Shown: positions 19,163-27,307 of the stretch, in pieces
Numbering within the stretch: the stretch's first letter is position 1
How the letters are laid out: every line of letters begins with the position of its first letter
Origin: Candidatus Omnitrophota bacterium
GTDB lineage: Bacteria; Omnitrophota; Gorgyraeia; Gorgyraeales; Gorgyraeaceae
Length of the DNA stretch: 64,000 bases
Assembly: GCA_042571405.1 (NCBI GenBank)
Contig: JBHPHU010000002.1
Span: forward strand, 2,787-66,786
Direction: 5' to 3'
Position numbers and translations under genes: made by a program
Notes under the pieces: generated by a model
The model's database searches: none
Seen by the model: the letters and a program-made list of their open reading frames with translations, nothing else
Told to the model about the DNA's origin: nothing

Positions 19163-19948
19163 ATGGCAGATGATAGGTTAGCTTTGTCTGTGGTGACGAT
19201 TGCGTACAATGAAGCACATAGAATAGGTGATTGCCTTAAGAGTACGCAGGGTTGGGCAGATGAGCATATAGTGGTGGATGATTTTAGCTCTGATAAGACA
19301 GTGGAGATTACAAAAAAATTTACAGATAAGGTTTTTCAGAGAAAGATGGATGTCGAGGGCGTGCATCGAAACTGGGCCTACCAGAAGGCAAAGAACGAAT
19401 GGGTGCTGAGCCTGGATGCAGATGAGACTGTTACAGAAGAGTTGAAACAGGAGATAAAAGATGCTATAAAGGGTGATGCGGGATTTAATGCCTATAGTAT
19501 ACCGCTAAGGACATATATCGGGGATTATTGGGTGCAGCATGGCGGCTGGTATCCTGCTGGAAAGCTCCGTCTTTTTAAGAGATCAAGGTTTAAGTACGAG
19601 GAGGTTGGCGTGCATCCAAGGATAATTCTCGACGGTAAATGCGGGCATCTGACAAAGGATATTATACATAGGGGTTATGTGGATTTTTCAGACCTTTTTT
19701 CTGGACTTAATCGCCAGACAGATCTTGAGGCAGAGAAGTGGTTTAATGAGAAACGAAAGATCGGTGGTTTAAAGATGTTCCGGAAGGCCTGTGACAGGTT
19801 TTTCCGCAGCTATGTTAGAAAAAAAGGATATAAAGACGGAGTAGTAGGCTTTGTTATAGCAACTCATGGCGCAATGTATCAAATTTTAAGTTTCGCAAAA
19901 TACTGGGAAAAGCAAAGAAACCACAGAGAGCACAGAGAAATGTTATAG
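19163..19948 (+). CDS. Family 2 glycosyltransferase
   Basis: LSVVTIAYNE...VVDDFSSD...LDADE (DxD). The last ~11 codons (KQRNHREHREML) are encoded by the CACAGAG repeat. Confidence 0.85.
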   Translation: MADDRLALSVVTIAYNEAHRIGDCLKSTQGWADEHIVVDDFSSDKTVEITKKFTDKVFQRKMDVEGVHRNWAYQKAKNEWVLSLDADETVTEELKQEIKDAIKGDAGFNAYSIPLRTYIGDYWVQHGGWYPAGKLRLFKRSRFKYEEVGVHPRIILDGKCGHLTKDIIHRGYVDFSDLFSGLNRQTDLEAEKWFNEKRKIGGLKMFRKACDRFFRSYVRKKGYKDGVVGFVIATHGAMYQILSFAKYWEKQRNHREHREML

Positions 19949-19971
19949 TTTAAAAAAATCTCTGTGGTCTC
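19917..19971 (+). repeat. 'CACAGAG' hairpin repeat, copy C
   Basis: GAAACCACAGAGAGCACAGAG...CTCTGTGGTCTC. Overlaps the 3' end and stop codon of the GT2 gene. Confidence 0.8.
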
Positions 19972-19976
19972 GTATT

Positions 19977-20118
19977 TTGCTTAAATGCGAATATCGAAAT
20001 CCGAATCTCGAAACAAATTCGAAATTGAAAATTCTAAATCTTAAATACTATGTTTAGAATTTTAGATTTAGAATTTATAATTTGTTTCGAATTTCGATAT
20101 TCGAATTTCGGATTTAAA
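19977..20118. repeat. ~140-bp 'CGAAAT' long palindromic element, copy a
   Basis: Left arm is ttaaatgcgaatatcgaaatccgaatctcgaaacaaattcgaaatt. Right arm is aatttgtttcgaatttcgatattcgaatttcggatttaa. The right half closely matches copies b and c. Confidence 0.85.
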
Positions 20119-20130
20119 CATATATTATTA

Positions 20131-20178
20131 GAGCACACAGAGAAAAACTATAAAAAACCTCTGCGTACTCTGTGGTAT
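20131..20178 (-). repeat. 'CACAGAG' hairpin repeat, copy D (inverted relative to C)
   Basis: GAGCACACAGAG...CCTCTGCGTACTCTGTGGTAT. Convergent with copy C; the pair brackets CGAAAT element a. Confidence 0.75.
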
Positions 20179-20217
20179 ATTTTTTTGACAATACGGAAGA
20201 CAACGAAAGGAGAAAAA

Positions 20218-21258
20218 ATGAAAATATTGGTTACTGGCGGTGCCGGGCTTGTGGGCTCTCATACCGCGGAATATTATTCCAAAAAGGGCGACGAGGTTAT
20301 CGTGCTGGATAATTTAATGAGGTCCAATTTATTTGGATACAACAAAGAGAGCGTGGAGTTTAACTGGAATTATCTGGGAGAACTCGAGAATGTAAAGCGG
20401 ATAAAGGGAGATGTGAGGGAAGAAAAGGATGTGATGAAGGCGCTTGGCAGCGGAGTAGATGTGGTCATACATACTGCAGGTCAGCCTGGAGTGCCTCTTT
20501 CCATGAAGATTCCAAGAGAGGACTTTAGCATAAATGCCTATGGCACACTTAATGTTCTCGAATGCCTCAGGCAGGTATCTCCAAAGGCCGCATTTGTGTA
20601 TTGCTCCACAAATAAAATTTACGGAGAGAATGTGGATAGTATTAGCCTGGAAGAAGAGGAAACAAGATACAGGTATAAAACTAAAAAAGGTGTCCCTGAG
20701 ACGCTATCTATGGATTTGACCGGACATACCCCATACGGCGCTTCAAAATACACAGGCGATATCTATACGCAGGAATACGGACATCTCTACGGTATGAAGA
20801 CAGCGGTATTTCGCATGTCGTGTATCTACGGCACCAGGCAGTTTGGTTTTGAGGATCAAGGTTGGGTGGCGTGGTTTGTCATAGCGAACCTGACAGGTCA
20901 GCCCATAGTTGTTTATGGCGACGGTAAGCAGGTAAGGGATTTATTGTACGTGGATGATTTAGTAGAGGCCTATGATAAGTTTATACACGGCGAGGTAAGG
21001 CATGATGTATTTAATATTGGCGGCGGGCCAAGGAATACCACTTCACTGCTGGAGTTTATAGCGTTAATAGAAAATAAAACAGGTATTAAGTTCAGGAAAG
21101 TGGATTATAAAGAGTGGCGGCCAAGCGACCAGAAGGTATACATATCAGATATTAGCAAGGTTTCGAAGGCGCTCAGCTGGAAACCAAAGATTACGCCTGA
21201 GAAAGGGTTGGAAAAATTGGTCGAATGGGTAGGCGGCAATACGAAATACTTTATATGA
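20218..21258 (+). CDS. NAD-dependent sugar epimerase/dehydratase (SDR family)
   Basis: ILVTGGAGLVGSH and YGASKYTGD (YxxxK). AAAGGAG RBS precedes ATG 20218. The track's 5' extension (20050-20217) is read-through of repeats. Confidence 0.88.
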   Translation: MKILVTGGAGLVGSHTAEYYSKKGDEVIVLDNLMRSNLFGYNKESVEFNWNYLGELENVKRIKGDVREEKDVMKALGSGVDVVIHTAGQPGVPLSMKIPREDFSINAYGTLNVLECLRQVSPKAAFVYCSTNKIYGENVDSISLEEEETRYRYKTKKGVPETLSMDLTGHTPYGASKYTGDIYTQEYGHLYGMKTAVFRMSCIYGTRQFGFEDQGWVAWFVIANLTGQPIVVYGDGKQVRDLLYVDDLVEAYDKFIHGEVRHDVFNIGGGPRNTTSLLEFIALIENKTGIKFRKVDYKEWRPSDQKVYISDISKVSKALSWKPKITPEKGLEKLVEWVGGNTKYFI

Positions 21259-21272
21259 CACAGTTATATTAG

Positions 21273-21353
21273 TTCTCGACTTCGCTCGAACAATATTGGA
21301 CCCCGAGCAGCGTCGAGGGGCTTCGAGCGAAGGCCGAAGGCCTGAGTCGAGAA
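21273..21353. repeat. 'TTCTCGACTTCGCTCGAA' palindromic element, copy 1 (expanded)
   Basis: Left arm at 21273-21290. Right arm is split (cttcgagcgaag ... gtcgagaa) by an inserted ggcc-gaa-ggcc hairpin. Shares 25 nt (gttctcgacttcgctcgaacaatatt) with copy 2. Confidence 0.8.
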
Positions 21354-21367
21354 GATAGGAAAAATTC

Positions 21368-21919
21368 ATGAAAGTCATATTTTTAGACAGAGATGGGGTA
21401 ATAAATAAGGATCCTGGCGGTGGAGATTATATAAAGTCATGGAAGGAGTTTGAGTTTTGGCCGGGCTCTATAGAGGCCATAAAAAAACTAAACGCAAATG
21501 GCTACGAGATCTTTGTGATATCTAACCAGGCAGGAGTCGGCAGGGGGATTTATTCGCAAGCTTCACTTGATGAGCTTACAAAAAATATGCTCAGCGAGAT
21601 TGAAAAGCAGGGCGGGAGGATAAGATCTGTTAGTTATTGCACGCATAAGCCGGATGCGGGCTGTGAATGCAGAAAACCAAAAACAGGCATGATAAAGAAG
21701 GCGACAGAGGGGCTTGACGTGGATTTTAAAAATACGTATTTTATAGGTGACTCACATCGTGATGTGGGCGCCGGCAATGGCATGGGGTGCAAGACTATAC
21801 TTTTATTGACGGGAAAAGAGGATGCTGACGATGCGAAGAACTGGACGCTCAAACCTGATCTCATAAAAAGAGATTTAATGGAGGCGGTTGAATGGATATT
21901 AAAGCAAGAACGAGAATAA
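21368..21919 (+). CDS. gmhB: D-glycero-D-manno-heptose 1,7-bisphosphate phosphatase
   Basis: HAD motif FLDRDGVIN, Zn-binding CTHKPDAGCECRKPKTGM, and GDSHRD. Confidence 0.88.
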   Translation: MKVIFLDRDGVINKDPGGGDYIKSWKEFEFWPGSIEAIKKLNANGYEIFVISNQAGVGRGIYSQASLDELTKNMLSEIEKQGGRIRSVSYCTHKPDAGCECRKPKTGMIKKATEGLDVDFKNTYFIGDSHRDVGAGNGMGCKTILLLTGKEDADDAKNWTLKPDLIKRDLMEAVEWILKQERE

Positions 21920-22059
21920 TAGGAGAGCTTTTTAAATTTTTGTGGGAAAGAAAATTGTGGTGGATGATCCCGATAGTGGTGGTACTTTTGTTGTTCGGGC
22001 TTTTGATATTTTTCACGCAATCATCAGCGGTAGCTCCTTTTATTTATACATTATTTTAA
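21892..22059 (+). CDS. Small membrane protein, DUF5989-like (55 aa; not in supplied ORF track)
   Basis: My translation: MDIKARTRIIGELFKFLWERKLWWMIPIVVVLLLFGLLIFFTQSSAVAPFIYTLF*. It has an amphipathic N-terminus, one TM segment and the family-like C-terminal APFIYTLF. GAGG lies upstream of the ATG. Overlaps the gmhB 3' end by 28 nt. Confidence 0.6.
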   Translation: MDIKARTRIIGELFKFLWERKLWWMIPIVVVLLLFGLLIFFTQSSAVAPFIYTLF

Positions 22060-22077
22060 ATTTATAGCATGTTTTTA

Positions 22078-22220
22078 TTGCTTAAATCCGAAATACGAAA
22101 TCCGAATTTCGAAACAAATTCGAAATTAAAAATTGGAAGGCCTTAAACAATGTGTTTTGAATTTTGGATTTAGAATTTATGATTTGTTTCGGATTTCGAT
22201 ATTCGATTTTCGGATTTATA
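22078..22220. repeat. ~140-bp 'CGAAAT' long palindromic element, copy b
   Basis: ttgcttaaatccgaaatacgaaatccgaatttcgaaacaaattcgaaatt ... gatttgtttcggatttcgatattcgattttcggatttataaa. Confidence 0.85.
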
Positions 22221-22252
22221 AATATATTGTTTAGAAGAAAGCTTTAATTTAT

Positions 22253-23374
22253 ATGAAAATATTAGTTGTACACGCATATGCGGGAATTGGACACAAGAAG
22301 GCAGCAGAGGCAATAGGAAAGGCCTTGCTTGATGCTGGAGCTGAAACTAAAGTTATAGATGTATTGGACTATACAAACGCCTTTTTCAAATTTTCGTATC
22401 CCAGAGTTTATCTATTCCTTATAAACAAGATACCTTTTTTATGGGGGTGCTTGTATTATTTCTTTGATCTCAGATTAGTGGATTTCTTTTGTGCTCCGGT
22501 GAGAAGATTTTTTCATAATCTGCAGGCAGATGAATTCATAAGGTTTGTGATTGAGAAAAATCCTGATGTTATAGTCTGCACGCATTTTCTTCCCGCGGAA
22601 GTAGTCTCCGCATTAAAGAAAAAAAACATTTTTAATGGCAGGCTCGTAACAGTCATTACGGATTTTTTACCACATTCTTTTTGGCTGGCAAGGCAATCAG
22701 ATTATTTTATAGGCGCGGTAGAAAAGACAAAGAAAGAACTAATAAAGCGGGGGATAGAGAAGGAGCGTATAAAGACATTCGGCATCCCAACAGACTCTGT
22801 GTTCAGTGTTTCAAAAGGCCGTAAGCCCTTAATAAAAAGACTGGGCCTTAAAGAAAATTGTTTCAACCTCCTCATTATGGGTGGCGGATTTGGAACAGGT
22901 CCTGTAAAAGAGGTAGTTAATGCTATTTCTAATCTGGGATCAAAGATGAAGGATGGTTTGCAGGTAGTGGTTATATGCGGGAAAAATAAGGCCTTGCTTA
23001 AAGATTTAAAAAAGATAGGCGCAAGTTCAGAGATTGAGCTGAGCGTTTTTGGTTATATGAATAATATTGACGAGTTTATGGAGGTGAGCGATTTAATAAT
23101 AACAAAGTCTGGCGGACTAACTGTTTCAGAGTCGCTTTCAAAGAGATTGCCTATGATAATAATACAGCCGATACCCGGACAGGAGACAAAAAACTGTAAA
23201 ATACTCGAGAGCTACGGCGTGGCAGTGCGCGCGAATACAGTAGGCCAGATAATGGATCATATAAGATATTTTGTATCTGATCCAAAGAAGATAACAGGTA
23301 TGAAGACCCAGATAAATCTACTGGCATATCCTGATGCCGCAAAGGACATAGCGGACCTGGTGATGAATATATGA
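22253..23374 (+). CDS. MGDG-synthase-family (GT28-like) diacylglycerol glycosyltransferase
   Basis: N-terminal MKILVVHAYAGIGHKKAAEAI is typical of the MGDG_synth/UgtP-like domain. C-terminal GT-B half has TKSGGLTVSE. Confidence 0.75.
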   Translation: MKILVVHAYAGIGHKKAAEAIGKALLDAGAETKVIDVLDYTNAFFKFSYPRVYLFLINKIPFLWGCLYYFFDLRLVDFFCAPVRRFFHNLQADEFIRFVIEKNPDVIVCTHFLPAEVVSALKKKNIFNGRLVTVITDFLPHSFWLARQSDYFIGAVEKTKKELIKRGIEKERIKTFGIPTDSVFSVSKGRKPLIKRLGLKENCFNLLIMGGGFGTGPVKEVVNAISNLGSKMKDGLQVVVICGKNKALLKDLKKIGASSEIELSVFGYMNNIDEFMEVSDLIITKSGGLTVSESLSKRLPMIIIQPIPGQETKNCKILESYGVAVRANTVGQIMDHIRYFVSDPKKITGMKTQINLLAYPDAAKDIADLVMNI

Positions 23375-24090
23375 AAATAGATATAGTGAAAAAAACATCC
23401 GGAAAAGTTTTAAGCCTTGTTAAGATCTTGGGGAGGATTGCAGATGAAGAGGGCGCGCGTGTTTATATAGTAGGCGGTCCTGTACGGGATATGCTGCTTG
23501 GCGTCTCTAATTACGATCTGGATTTTGTTGTAGAGGCAGACGCCATAAAATTCAGCGAAGTTTTAAATAAGACCTTGAAGGGGAGATTGACTGTCCATAA
23601 GGCCTTTGGCACAGCTACGATCGCGTATAAAGATTTCAGGATAGATGTAGTGACTGCGAGAAGCGAATCCTATGAACATCCTGCCGCTTATCCTGATGTG
23701 GAGCCAGCGACAATAAAGGAGGATTTGTTCAGGAGAGATTTTACTATAAACGCCATGGCCATAATTATAAATAAGAAGGGTTTCGGAGAGCTGATTGATT
23801 TTTATGGCGGCCTGAAAGACCTGAAAAAAGGTATTGTAAGAGTCATGCATGATAAAAGTTTTATGGATGACCCGACTCGCATATTCAGGGCTGTCAGGTT
23901 TTCGAGCAGGTTTAATTTTAAGATAGAATCTCATACAAAAAAATTAATGAAAGAGGCAGTCCTTGCGGGTTTTTTGGGAGAGGTGAACCGCGGAAGGATT
24001 AAGAAAGAGATGGAACTATTTTTAAAAGAAGATGATCCATTGAAATACCTAAGGGTATTTTCTAGGTTGATAGCACGTTTTAACCACTAA
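23371..24090 (+). CDS. tRNA nucleotidyltransferase/poly(A) polymerase-family protein (head and neck only, short)
   Basis: GGPVRDMLLG...DLDFVV catalytic head and RRDFTINAMA motif. Only 239 aa, ending immediately before CGAAAT element c. Confidence 0.7.
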   Translation: MKIDIVKKTSGKVLSLVKILGRIADEEGARVYIVGGPVRDMLLGVSNYDLDFVVEADAIKFSEVLNKTLKGRLTVHKAFGTATIAYKDFRIDVVTARSESYEHPAAYPDVEPATIKEDLFRRDFTINAMAIIINKKGFGELIDFYGGLKDLKKGIVRVMHDKSFMDDPTRIFRAVRFSSRFNFKIESHTKKLMKEAVLAGFLGEVNRGRIKKEMELFLKEDDPLKYLRVFSRLIARFNH

Positions 24091-24095
24091 TATGT

Positions 24096-24223
24096 ATATA
24101 AATCCGAAACTCGAAATCCGAAATCCGAGACAAATTCGAAATTCGAAGTTCGAATGTTTTGAATTTTGGATTTAGAATTTATGATTTGTTTCGAATTTCG
24201 ATATTCGTATTTCGAATTTAAGT
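24096..24223. repeat. ~130-bp 'CGAAAT' long palindromic element, copy c
   Basis: tataaatccgaaactcgaaatccgaaatccgagacaaattcgaaatt ... gatttgtttcgaatttcgatattcgtatttcgaatttaag. Ends 8 nt before the rbfA RBS. Confidence 0.85.
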
Positions 24224-24241
24224 AATAAATAGGAGGAAGAT

Positions 24242-24595
24242 ATGAGCGTAAGGACAGATAGAGTGCGGAAGCAGTTAAAAAAAGAACTTTCGATGATATT
24301 GCAGGAGGAATTAAAGGATCCTCGCATAGGGTTTGTCACGATCACCAGAATCGATCTTACCGGGGATCTGAGATATGCAAAGATTTATTTTAGCGTGCTT
24401 GGAGATGAATCAAACCAAGAAACCAGTCTTGAGGGTATTAACAGCGCGGCAGGTTATATTCGCAGACTTGTAGGAGAAAGACTAAAGTTAAAATATGTGC
24501 CAGAGCTTTCATTCAGGCTTGATAAATCAGCTGAATACACCATGGAACTCGAAAAGACATTTGAGAGGTTAAGAGATGAGCGCAAGATCGATTAA
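24242..24595 (+). CDS. rbfA: Ribosome-binding factor A
   Basis: Family-typical sequence (RVRKQLKKELSMIL..DPR..FVTIT.IDLT.DLR.AKIYFS). AGGAGG RBS. Confidence 0.92.
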   Translation: MSVRTDRVRKQLKKELSMILQEELKDPRIGFVTITRIDLTGDLRYAKIYFSVLGDESNQETSLEGINSAAGYIRRLVGERLKLKYVPELSFRLDKSAEYTMELEKTFERLRDERKID

Positions 24596-25538
24596 AAAAA
24601 TTATAAAAAAATTTGATACATTCCTTATTTCAGCCCACATAAATCCTGAAGGCGATTCGGTGGGCAGTCAGATTGCCCTCGCGTCTTTATTGAAGCGATT
24701 AGGGAAAAAGGTCATAATCGTAAACGAAAGCCCTGTGCCGCATATATTGCGATTCATGAATGGTGTTGACGGTATTTTAAAAGAATTGCCTCGCAATGTT
24801 GATTTTCAAGCTGCAGTTGTTCTGGATTGTCCGGATATGAGTCGCATTGGAAAGATCTCAGAGTACGTAACAAAGGATAAAGCGGTCATAAATATAGACC
24901 ATCATATTTCCAACCAGAAATTTGGCCGGCATAATTGGGTGGACGCAAAGGCATCGAGCGCGGGTGAGATGGTCTTCGAATTATTTAAAGAATTTAAATT
25001 GAAGATAAAATACGATGAAGCAGTAGCTATATATGTGGCGATTATGACGGATACAGGTTCGTTTAAATATACCAACACATCTTCAGAGACTCACAGAATA
25101 ATAGCGGAACTGATGGATGCGGGTATAGAGCCTTATGATATATATAGCAAGATCTACGAGATGAGCAGTCTTCAGGATACGAGTTTATTGGGTTGCGCGC
25201 TCCAGACATTGAAGGTGTCAGAGGATGGTACTATCGCATGGCTATGGGTTACAAAGGAGATGCTTAAAAAAACTAAGGCATCGTTGGAAGGCACGGAGGG
25301 CATAATAAATTTTGCGCGTTCCATAGGGGGCGTAGAGATTGCGGCATTTTTCAGAGAGACAGGCACAGAGAACAGGATAAAGGTAAGCTTTCGTTCAAAA
25401 GGTAAGGCAGATGTAAATAAGCTTGCTTCTTTTTTTAATGGCGGAGGCCATGTCACAGCAAGTGGATGTACTGTTTTTGGTAAGATGGAAGAGGTAGAGA
25501 AAAAAGTATTAGAGAAAGCTAAAGAGATATTGGCATAG
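24576..25538 (+). CDS. nrnA: DHH/DHHA1-family phosphoesterase (NrnA-like oligoribonuclease/pAp phosphatase)
   Basis: DHH motif (NIDHHISN), DHHA1 GGGH motif (FNGGGHVTASG), and conserved position between rbfA and truB. Confidence 0.8.
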   Translation: MSARSIKKIIKKFDTFLISAHINPEGDSVGSQIALASLLKRLGKKVIIVNESPVPHILRFMNGVDGILKELPRNVDFQAAVVLDCPDMSRIGKISEYVTKDKAVINIDHHISNQKFGRHNWVDAKASSAGEMVFELFKEFKLKIKYDEAVAIYVAIMTDTGSFKYTNTSSETHRIIAELMDAGIEPYDIYSKIYEMSSLQDTSLLGCALQTLKVSEDGTIAWLWVTKEMLKKTKASLEGTEGIINFARSIGGVEIAAFFRETGTENRIKVSFRSKGKADVNKLASFFNGGGHVTASGCTVFGKMEEVEKKVLEKAKEILA

Positions 25539-25591
25539 ATTCCCGCCTGCCTAGCGGCAAGGCCGTTGGCTTTCGCGGGAATGACAATACC

Positions 25592-26242
25592 ATGGATGGT
25601 ATATTAGTCGTAGACAAACCTAAAGGCATGACGTCGCATGATGTGGTGGATGTTGTGAGGCGAAGATTTGGGGTGAGGCGCGTTGGTCATGCAGGTACGC
25701 TCGACCCGATGGCTACAGGTGTGCTTGTGATGTTGATAGGCCGCTCCACAAAGTTAGCGGATACATTTTTAAAGGATGACAAGGAGTACGTAGCCACGCT
25801 TTTTTTTGGAAAATCTACAGATACACAAGACGCCACTGGTAAAGTTCTCGAAGAAAAAGACGCTGATGACCTAGATGTTAATACTGTAAAAAAAGCGCTA
25901 GGGAGTTTTAAAGGAAGAATGGAGCAGATACCGCCAATGGTCTCTGCAAAGAAATATAAAGGCAAGAAACTATATCAACTCGCGCGTAAAGGTAAGACTG
26001 TCCCAAGAAAACCCTGCCCAATAACGATATACGAAATAGAAGCCCTGGAATTTAATCTGCCTGAGGTCATTTTTCGCGTGAAGTGTTCAAAAGGCACGTA
26101 CGTAAGGGCATTGTGCGAGGATATAGGCAGGTCCTTAGGTTATCCTGCGCACATGTCAGCGCTTAGAAGGACACAGTCAGGGAGGTTTTCTCTGAAAGAA
26201 GCCTGCTGTCTGGATAATATTAATGAAAAAGACATCCAATAA
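25592..26242 (+). CDS. truB: tRNA pseudouridine(55) synthase
   Basis: GILVVDKPKGMTSHDVV and GHAGTLDPMATGVL (catalytic Asp). Confidence 0.93.
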   Translation: MDGILVVDKPKGMTSHDVVDVVRRRFGVRRVGHAGTLDPMATGVLVMLIGRSTKLADTFLKDDKEYVATLFFGKSTDTQDATGKVLEEKDADDLDVNTVKKALGSFKGRMEQIPPMVSAKKYKGKKLYQLARKGKTVPRKPCPITIYEIEALEFNLPEVIFRVKCSKGTYVRALCEDIGRSLGYPAHMSALRRTQSGRFSLKEACCLDNINEKDIQ

Positions 26243-27146
26243 ATCCGTAGCTGCTATAGGGATATTTGACGGTGTCCATCGCGGACACCAGAAGATATTA
26301 AAAAAGCTTACTAAAGAAGCATCCCGCAATAACGCCAGAAGTCTTCTTGTAACCTTTTACCCGCATCCTCGCGAAGTTTTAACAGGCGCGAAGTCTCGCC
26401 TGCTAATTTCATTGAAACACAGGGCTAAATTAATAAAGTCATCAGGCGTTGATGTCTTGCGTGTCATAAGTTTTACAAAGACATTTTCGCGTATGAGACA
26501 GGATGCTTTTATAAAAAATATTTTGATAGACAGGTTAAAGATAAAGATACTTGTCGTGGGTGAAAATTTTTTATTCGGGCGCAATGGAAAAGGAAATTTT
26601 GCTTTTTTGAAAAAAGCAAGCAAGAGATATGGATTTAAATTATTTGGGATAGCCCCTTTAAAACTAAAACAATCTTTAATTTCCAGTACGCGCATACGCC
26701 ACGCGATTGAAAAAGGGGATTTAAAAAATGCGGCAGCGATGTTAGGCAGACCTGTCGTGGTCCTTGGCACTGTGGTAAAAGGCAGGCGCATAGGAAGAAG
26801 ACTCGGTTTTCCTACCGCAAACATTGATCCTCATCATGAGATAATCCCGCCCAGCGGTGTCTATACTGTCGATGTTATTATAAATAAAAAATACTATAAG
26901 GGTATTTTGAATATTGGCACCAGGCCTACATTTGGCCTGCCCCGTACCCGAGCAAAGCGAGTGGTACGTGGTAAGGATACGGACCCTACTATTGAATTAC
27001 ATATATTTAATTTTAAGAAGACTATATACGGGAAAGACGTAGAGATAGCATTCAAGAAAAAGATAAGAAATGAAAGAAGATTCAAGTCTGCCGAAGCACT
27101 GCGAAAACAGATACAGAAGGATATAATCCTGAGCAAGCGAACATAA
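26223..27146 (+). CDS. ribF: Bifunctional riboflavin kinase / FMN adenylyltransferase
   Basis: GIFDGVHRGHQKIL, a riboflavin-kinase C-terminus (GFPTANI...GVY), and truB-ribF synteny. Confidence 0.92.
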   Translation: MKKTSNKSVAAIGIFDGVHRGHQKILKKLTKEASRNNARSLLVTFYPHPREVLTGAKSRLLISLKHRAKLIKSSGVDVLRVISFTKTFSRMRQDAFIKNILIDRLKIKILVVGENFLFGRNGKGNFAFLKKASKRYGFKLFGIAPLKLKQSLISSTRIRHAIEKGDLKNAAAMLGRPVVVLGTVVKGRRIGRRLGFPTANIDPHHEIIPPSGVYTVDVIINKKYYKGILNIGTRPTFGLPRTRAKRVVRGKDTDPTIELHIFNFKKTIYGKDVEIAFKKKIRNERRFKSAEALRKQIQKDIILSKRT

Positions 27147-27234
27147 TGAACGCGTCGAAGGACCCCACATTTAGCATACCGCTGATTTTATAACCCCACT
27201 ATATTGTATAGGTTGAAAAAAGCAAACTTTTACC

Positions 27235-27263
27235 TTGACATAAAAACGTCATTCGTGTAAACT
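27235..27263 (+). promoter_or_regulatory. Putative sigma70-type promoter of the dcw operon (Pmra-like)
   Basis: TTGACA (27235-27240), 17-nt spacer, TAAACT (27258-27263), upstream of mraZ. Confidence 0.55.
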
Positions 27264-27275
27264 TTTAATTATCAA

Positions 27276-27299
27276 GTGGCGTAAAGTGGAGTGAAGTGG
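27276..27299 (+). promoter_or_regulatory. Putative MraZ operator: three direct GTGG repeats at exact 10-bp spacing
   Basis: aaGTGGcgtaaaGTGGagtgaaGTGGag, with GTGG at 27276, 27286 and 27296, between the predicted -10 and the mraZ ATG. Confidence 0.6.
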
Positions 27300-27307
27300 A
27301 GGAAGTT

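Noticed and set aside
20050-20217. 168-nt N-terminal extension of the epimerase ORF (MFRILDLEFIICFEFRYSNFGF...)
   Set aside because: It is a translation of the CGAAAT and CACAGAG repeats. A good RBS and the canonical MKILVTGGAG start occur at 20218.
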